From the NCBI GenBank assembly GCA_021801265.1, contig JAJYYE010000012.1, positions 24,548 through 88,547 of the forward strand: a stretch of DNA of 64,000 bases, written 5' to 3'. The stretch is from Pseudomonadota bacterium. GTDB taxonomy: Bacteria; Pseudomonadota; Gammaproteobacteria; Halothiobacillales; Halothiobacillaceae. Under the pieces are notes generated by a model, which worked only from the letters and a program-made list of their open reading frames with translations, searched no databases and was not told the DNA's origin. Below are positions 59,649 to 64,000 of this stretch, in pieces. A program made the translations under genes and the position numbers. The stretch's first letter is position 1. Every line of letters starts with the position of its first letter.

Positions 59649-61754
59649 TTATGGGGTGCAAATCGCGCGGGTTAATTGATCGACACTTCGCCCCCAGGGG
59701 TCTTCCGGCGCCGCCATCCAAGCGTGTTGATGCAAGCGCATCACCGCATCCGCATCATCCAGCACCCGTGCCGCCTGACGTTTGGGTACCGATTGGACAC
59801 CCTCGGCCAATAATTTATCCGCAAGGGCAGTACTTGCTCGTTTGGCAGCACCCGTGCGGTGCGCGGCCAACGCAGCAGCAATCCGCGCTTGGTTGGGATG
59901 CAAAATAGTCCAACTCAGCCAATCAGGGGCTTTTTCGGGCTTAAGCAGAGGCAGGGGAATGGCCGCAAAATCAACCAGTACCTGATCGCCCAGTGCACAT
60001 TCTGGCGGTGTGCACCAAATGCCCCGAGCCCGCCAGCGATCACCCAGAGAAAAACGGGAAAGCCACACGGTAATGGGTGCGGCCAACAATAAAGACAAGC
60101 TGATGGGAATGGTCCAATAAAAGAAGTTGGCATTCAAACTGAGTGCAATACCCGACCAAATCACCGCCAGAATCATGCCCGGTGCATGGCGCACCACCGC
60201 CTGAATCCAACCGATTTCCGAACTGCGGTTTTGACCCGCCCAGCGCACCGTCACATTCAAGATGGCCTGCACCACATACGCCGAATGTGCCAGCATCCGG
60301 ATGGGTGCCAAGAGTATTGAAAATAGATTCTCCAGCAAAAACCCTTGCAGCAACCGCGGAACTGAACCAAAGCCTTGCCGCCGACTACGATCGAACACCA
60401 GCAGATCAAACAAGGCCAAAAGTTTGGGCAGGAACAAAGTTACCAACGTACTGGTGACCAACACAATCGCCCATTGCGGATGCCATTGCGGCCAGTTCGG
60501 GTAGAGGCTGCGCGCATCGGGAAAGTAATTGATGTCACCTGCCGCAAACTGCGCTACCTCGATGGTGCTAAACAGCAAAAACAGGAACCAAACCGGTGAG
60601 GCCAAATAGGCAAAAATCCCATTCATAAATGCCATCCGATGCGCCGTTGCGAGACCACGTTCAAAGCCGATAAAACTCACATGTTGCAAATTGCCTTTCG
60701 ACCAACGTTTATCACGAATCAACTCATCATCCAGCGAGGGCGGCGATTCTTCAAAGCTGCCTTCAATACCGGTTTCCAGCCATACCTCATAGCCCGCGCG
60801 CCGAATAAATGAGGCCTCCACAAAATCATGGCTGAGCACAGTTCCGCGCCATAAACCGAACCCGCGCATGCTTTTTAAGCCGCAGTGCGCCATAAAGGCT
60901 TCAGTGCGGATAATCGCGTTATGCCCCCAAAACACGGCTTCGTTTAATTGCAACGCCGCCAACCCCTCGCTAAATAAGGGACCATATAAATGTGTGACAA
61001 ACTGCTGCATGCGCGCAAAGGCAGAACGGGCATTAAACAAGCGCGGCACCGTCTGGATCATCCCGGCCTTGGGCTCACATTCCATGAGACGAACCAGAGT
61101 AACTACTGCCTCGCCAGACATGACGCTATCGGCATCGAACACAATGAAATACTTGAATTTCCGCCCCCAACGGCGTAAAAAATCGGAAACGTTGCCGGTT
61201 TTGGCGCGTAAATTCACGCGACGACGACGGTAATGCAGCCGACCATGCAAATCGAGTTCATCACAGAGCATCAACCAGGCGGCGCGCTCTTCCAGCCACA
61301 CCTCCGGGTCGCGGCTATCGGATAACACAAAGAATTCAAATGCATCCAGATGGCCGGTCGCCCTCACCGACTCAATACTGGCGCGCAGCCCCCGAAATAC
61401 CCGCTCGACATCTTCATGATAAATCGGTAACGCCACCGCCGTTTTAACTAAGGGCACGGTGGGCAATTGCACACTGAAGCGGGTGAGTAAACTTCGGGCA
61501 TCGCCTCGGCCTTTAAACCGGCGCCGAATATAAAACCCGAATAATGCCATCCATGAACCGGCGGCCACAAAGGCATACAGCGGAATAAATGTAATGAGAA
61601 TCGCTTTTTCAATCGGGGTGCTGCCGTGGTAGGGTAGAACGAGAATCATGCCCCAGATGCCGAACGTGGTTTGCAGCAGCACGAACGCCGTAAATATCCA
61701 GCGACGAATGAGCGCCACACGACGAAACGCATCATGCCCAAATAAATTCTTCAT
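59649..61754 (-). CDS. opgH: Glucans biosynthesis glucosyltransferase OpgH (MdoH), lacking the long N-terminal cytoplasmic domain
   Basis: GT2 core (FFVLSDS...FDADSVMSG...RWSKGNLQH) and multiple TM segments. 701 aa. Confidence 0.9.
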   Translation of the reverse strand: MKNLFGHDAFRRVALIRRWIFTAFVLLQTTFGIWGMILVLPYHGSTPIEKAILITFIPLYAFVAAGSWMALFGFYIRRRFKGRGDARSLLTRFSVQLPTVPLVKTAVALPIYHEDVERVFRGLRASIESVRATGHLDAFEFFVLSDSRDPEVWLEERAAWLMLCDELDLHGRLHYRRRRVNLRAKTGNVSDFLRRWGRKFKYFIVFDADSVMSGEAVVTLVRLMECEPKAGMIQTVPRLFNARSAFARMQQFVTHLYGPLFSEGLAALQLNEAVFWGHNAIIRTEAFMAHCGLKSMRGFGLWRGTVLSHDFVEASFIRRAGYEVWLETGIEGSFEESPPSLDDELIRDKRWSKGNLQHVSFIGFERGLATAHRMAFMNGIFAYLASPVWFLFLLFSTIEVAQFAAGDINYFPDARSLYPNWPQWHPQWAIVLVTSTLVTLFLPKLLALFDLLVFDRSRRQGFGSVPRLLQGFLLENLFSILLAPIRMLAHSAYVVQAILNVTVRWAGQNRSSEIGWIQAVVRHAPGMILAVIWSGIALSLNANFFYWTIPISLSLLLAAPITVWLSRFSLGDRWRARGIWCTPPECALGDQVLVDFAAIPLPLLKPEKAPDWLSWTILHPNQARIAAALAAHRTGAAKRASTALADKLLAEGVQSVPKRQAARVLDDADAVMRLHQHAWMAAPEDPWGRSVDQLTRAICTP

Positions 61755-62092
61755 GATGCGTCAATGCCTTGTGAAGCCCGGGATGATTGAATCAAGGTTG
61801 GATCGAAAGAATGTGCATGACGAACACTGCCGCGCAATAGCGCAGGCATCGCCTGAACCGGTGGCACGGGGACGGCCAGACGTTGCGTTAAATCGGCTTG
61901 GTTGTGCTGAATGTCGAGATCAGCCTCAAGATCAATCGTGGGGCAACCGGTTTGCAAGAATTGATAAAAAACCCGCCGCTGCAGCCAACGCAATTGCGCG
62001 CAAATGGCTTCAGGATAACGGCAGATGGTGTTTGAAGCCATGTCTTCAGGCTTGGTTGCAGGGAGGGTGAGTAACTGTTCCGACGGCAACAT
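61751..62092 (-). CDS. 113-aa ORF translationally coupled between opgG and opgH (possible detached OpgH N-terminal domain)
   Basis: The start overlaps the opgG stop (TAATG) and the stop overlaps the opgH start (ATGA). No recognisable family. Confidence 0.45.
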   Translation of the reverse strand: MLPSEQLLTLPATKPEDMASNTICRYPEAICAQLRWLQRRVFYQFLQTGCPTIDLEADLDIQHNQADLTQRLAVPVPPVQAMPALLRGSVRHAHSFDPTLIQSSRASQGIDAS

Positions 62093-63705
62093 TATTTCAT
62101 CTGCCCAAAACGCGACACATCAGCAGGTAATTCATAACGCCATGTTTCAGAAAGTGTTTTCTTACCCAAGGCCAAATTTGCATCAATAGTGATTTCATTC
62201 TTACCGGTAGGTGCCAGTAACATCGATAAACGCCAATGCCCCGCCTCCGGCAATGGGATAACCGCTTGCTCCAATACAGTCGCGGTATCCCGCGTATTGA
62301 TCTGCGCGATCACCGGGGAGTTGCTGCTCAAGCCACTCAGTTTTCCGCCCGCAAAGTCCAAGTTTACCCGGTAGGCTTTTTCCGTTTTATCATCCGGATT
62401 GGTTTTAACCATGCCGATTAATGGCCGCCGGACTTCAGCCAAAGGCTCCTCAGCCACACGGCCATCACCCACACTCAGGGTGTAGGCAAAAGATATGGGG
62501 TGTGCCGGATCGACCGGATCGGTCGGTTGAAAAAACGCAATTTGATTTTCGTGCACATCGCTATTGGTTGGAATTTGCACAAGCACGATTTTGCCCTTGC
62601 CAAAACCCGCTTCCGTGGTGACCCACAGCGAGGGACGTTTTTCAAAGCGAGAAATGGGATCCTCAAATTGACAAAAACGGGTTTGGCGCTGCATAAAGCC
62701 AAACCCCCGAATACCATCGGCGTCAAACTGATTGATGCGCAGTTCAGCAGGGTTACGCAGCGAGCGGAACACCCAATTCCCCTCCCCTGTATGCATCAGC
62801 AAGCCATCGGATTCATAAGCGGCGGGGCGCCATTGCCCAACAGGACGTTGACCAATCTGGCCATAAAAATACATGGTCGACATCGGCGCCAAGCCCACGC
62901 GGCTAATCCCATTACGCGGGAATAAATTCGCGGTAACATGCACATCGACTTGGGCACCATTGGGCCGAACCACAAATTCATAAGCCCCCGTCAGCGATTC
63001 ACCATCCAGCAGCGCATAAATCGTGAGTTGCTGGTCTGTCGACGCGGGGCGCACCAACCAAAACTTGGTGAACATCGGGAATTTTTCGCCCTGCGGCAAG
63101 CCGGTGTCGATGGCTACACCCCGCGCATGGGCGCCCGGGACTTGATCTGCCGCCACCACACCAAACTGCGCGCCGCCCAAAAATGTAATCATCACATCAT
63201 GCGAATCCTGACCACTGAGCGGGTAATCCACAGAAAAACCGGCAAAGCCTAAATTAGCAGGCACCGTTTGCGCGAAGGCTGGGCTGGGCCAATCAAATTT
63301 CGCCTTATTGAACACAATCGGCGCGACCGATTGAGGCGTCACTTCGTAGATATCCACCGGTTGTTGATAAACATAACCCGCGGCAATTGGGCTGACGCCA
63401 AAACGTGAGGTAGGCCACAAAGCGGCACTTGGTTTAATCGCGATGCGCTCAAACGTGGCTTGATCAATCTGACTCAGTGCCTCAGGGATTTTCGGTTCGG
63501 GAACATAAGCAGAGGCAGCCAACTGCTTGGCTTGAATAGTGACATCATTCAAATCAAACGCTTCGACCGCAGAGGCAAAAAACAACGAACCGCCGACCAT
63601 ACCGACCGCCATAAGGTGTCGAATTCGCGATCGCCGCTTGAACGCTTCGCCCAACGAACCGACCCCGAGACACACTGAACCCAGACCTATTGAACTTGGA
63701 AACAT
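62092..63705 (-). CDS. opgG: Periplasmic glucan biosynthesis protein OpgG (MdoG)
   Basis: Sec-type leader (KRRSRIRHLMAVGMVGGSLFFASAVEA) and MdoG-family similarity to the OpgD paralogue in this window. Confidence 0.85.
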   Translation of the reverse strand: MFPSSIGLGSVCLGVGSLGEAFKRRSRIRHLMAVGMVGGSLFFASAVEAFDLNDVTIQAKQLAASAYVPEPKIPEALSQIDQATFERIAIKPSAALWPTSRFGVSPIAAGYVYQQPVDIYEVTPQSVAPIVFNKAKFDWPSPAFAQTVPANLGFAGFSVDYPLSGQDSHDVMITFLGGAQFGVVAADQVPGAHARGVAIDTGLPQGEKFPMFTKFWLVRPASTDQQLTIYALLDGESLTGAYEFVVRPNGAQVDVHVTANLFPRNGISRVGLAPMSTMYFYGQIGQRPVGQWRPAAYESDGLLMHTGEGNWVFRSLRNPAELRINQFDADGIRGFGFMQRQTRFCQFEDPISRFEKRPSLWVTTEAGFGKGKIVLVQIPTNSDVHENQIAFFQPTDPVDPAHPISFAYTLSVGDGRVAEEPLAEVRRPLIGMVKTNPDDKTEKAYRVNLDFAGGKLSGLSSNSPVIAQINTRDTATVLEQAVIPLPEAGHWRLSMLLAPTGKNEITIDANLALGKKTLSETWRYELPADVSRFGQMK

Positions 63706-63962
63706 CCCAACCTACTCTGAAAATAAATCCCACTGCAAAACACTTGCAAGCATACGGCAATTTTATGATGCCAAGTAATCGATGAATCAACTTTTCCGGG
63801 CAGTTGTTGCGCCGATGAAACGAGCAAACAGCAGCCTAGGCGTAAATCCCCCCAGTCGGCCCGGAGTGCCTACCGAAGAAAATCACCAAATCGCCCCGCA
63901 TCAAAGCTGCAAGCTGTCACAATATACGCTTGTCCCCCGTCCACTTCTGGAATTGCCCCCGC

Positions 63963-64000
63963 ATGAGTTTTGTTCATCTGCATCTTCATACCGAATTTTC
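63963..64000 (+). CDS. dnaE: Start of DNA polymerase III alpha subunit (partial)
   Basis: MSFVHLHLHTEF is the conserved PHP-domain N-terminus of DnaE. Truncated by the window end. Confidence 0.7.
   Translation, partial: MSFVHLHLHTEF

Overview
This 64-kb window is a proteobacterial (beta/gamma-like) chromosomal segment in which conserved core blocks alternate with IS-scarred accessory DNA.

Core blocks:
- earP-efp, a GAF-GGDEF protein and recC.
- A complete nitrate-assimilation cluster: nasT, a globin, narK, a PP2C/Ser-Thr kinase fusion, a nasS-like gene, nirBD, nasC, cysG and a hemD-like gene. It is driven by two near-identical sigma54-promoter plus ANTAR-leader modules.
- flgA-flgM-flgN, rsmD / ftsYEX-rpoH, opgG-orf-opgH-opgD, and the start of dnaE.

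Accessory parts:
- A ~7-kb island integrated at tRNA-Ser(UGA). It is bounded by a direct repeat of the tRNA 3' end plus its terminator hairpin. Its P4-type integrase is truncated by an IS3-family element.
- An ABC exporter-like operon and a P-type ATPase that abuts an internally deleted IS3 remnant.
- A REC-EAL / hybrid histidine kinase pair sitting between IS debris, including a nested IS407-like element.
- A RidA / amino-acid ABC / formamidase cluster.

The most interesting candidate is the island cargo. It is a translationally coupled pair: a 151-aa HEPN-like protein and an 892-aa protein with two P-loop modules (a ParA-like KGGVGR module and a second GTGKS module). The architecture looks like an anti-phage or conflict system, but I cannot assign it to any named system.

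All calls rest on reading the supplied ORF translations and the DNA by eye. No database search was possible.
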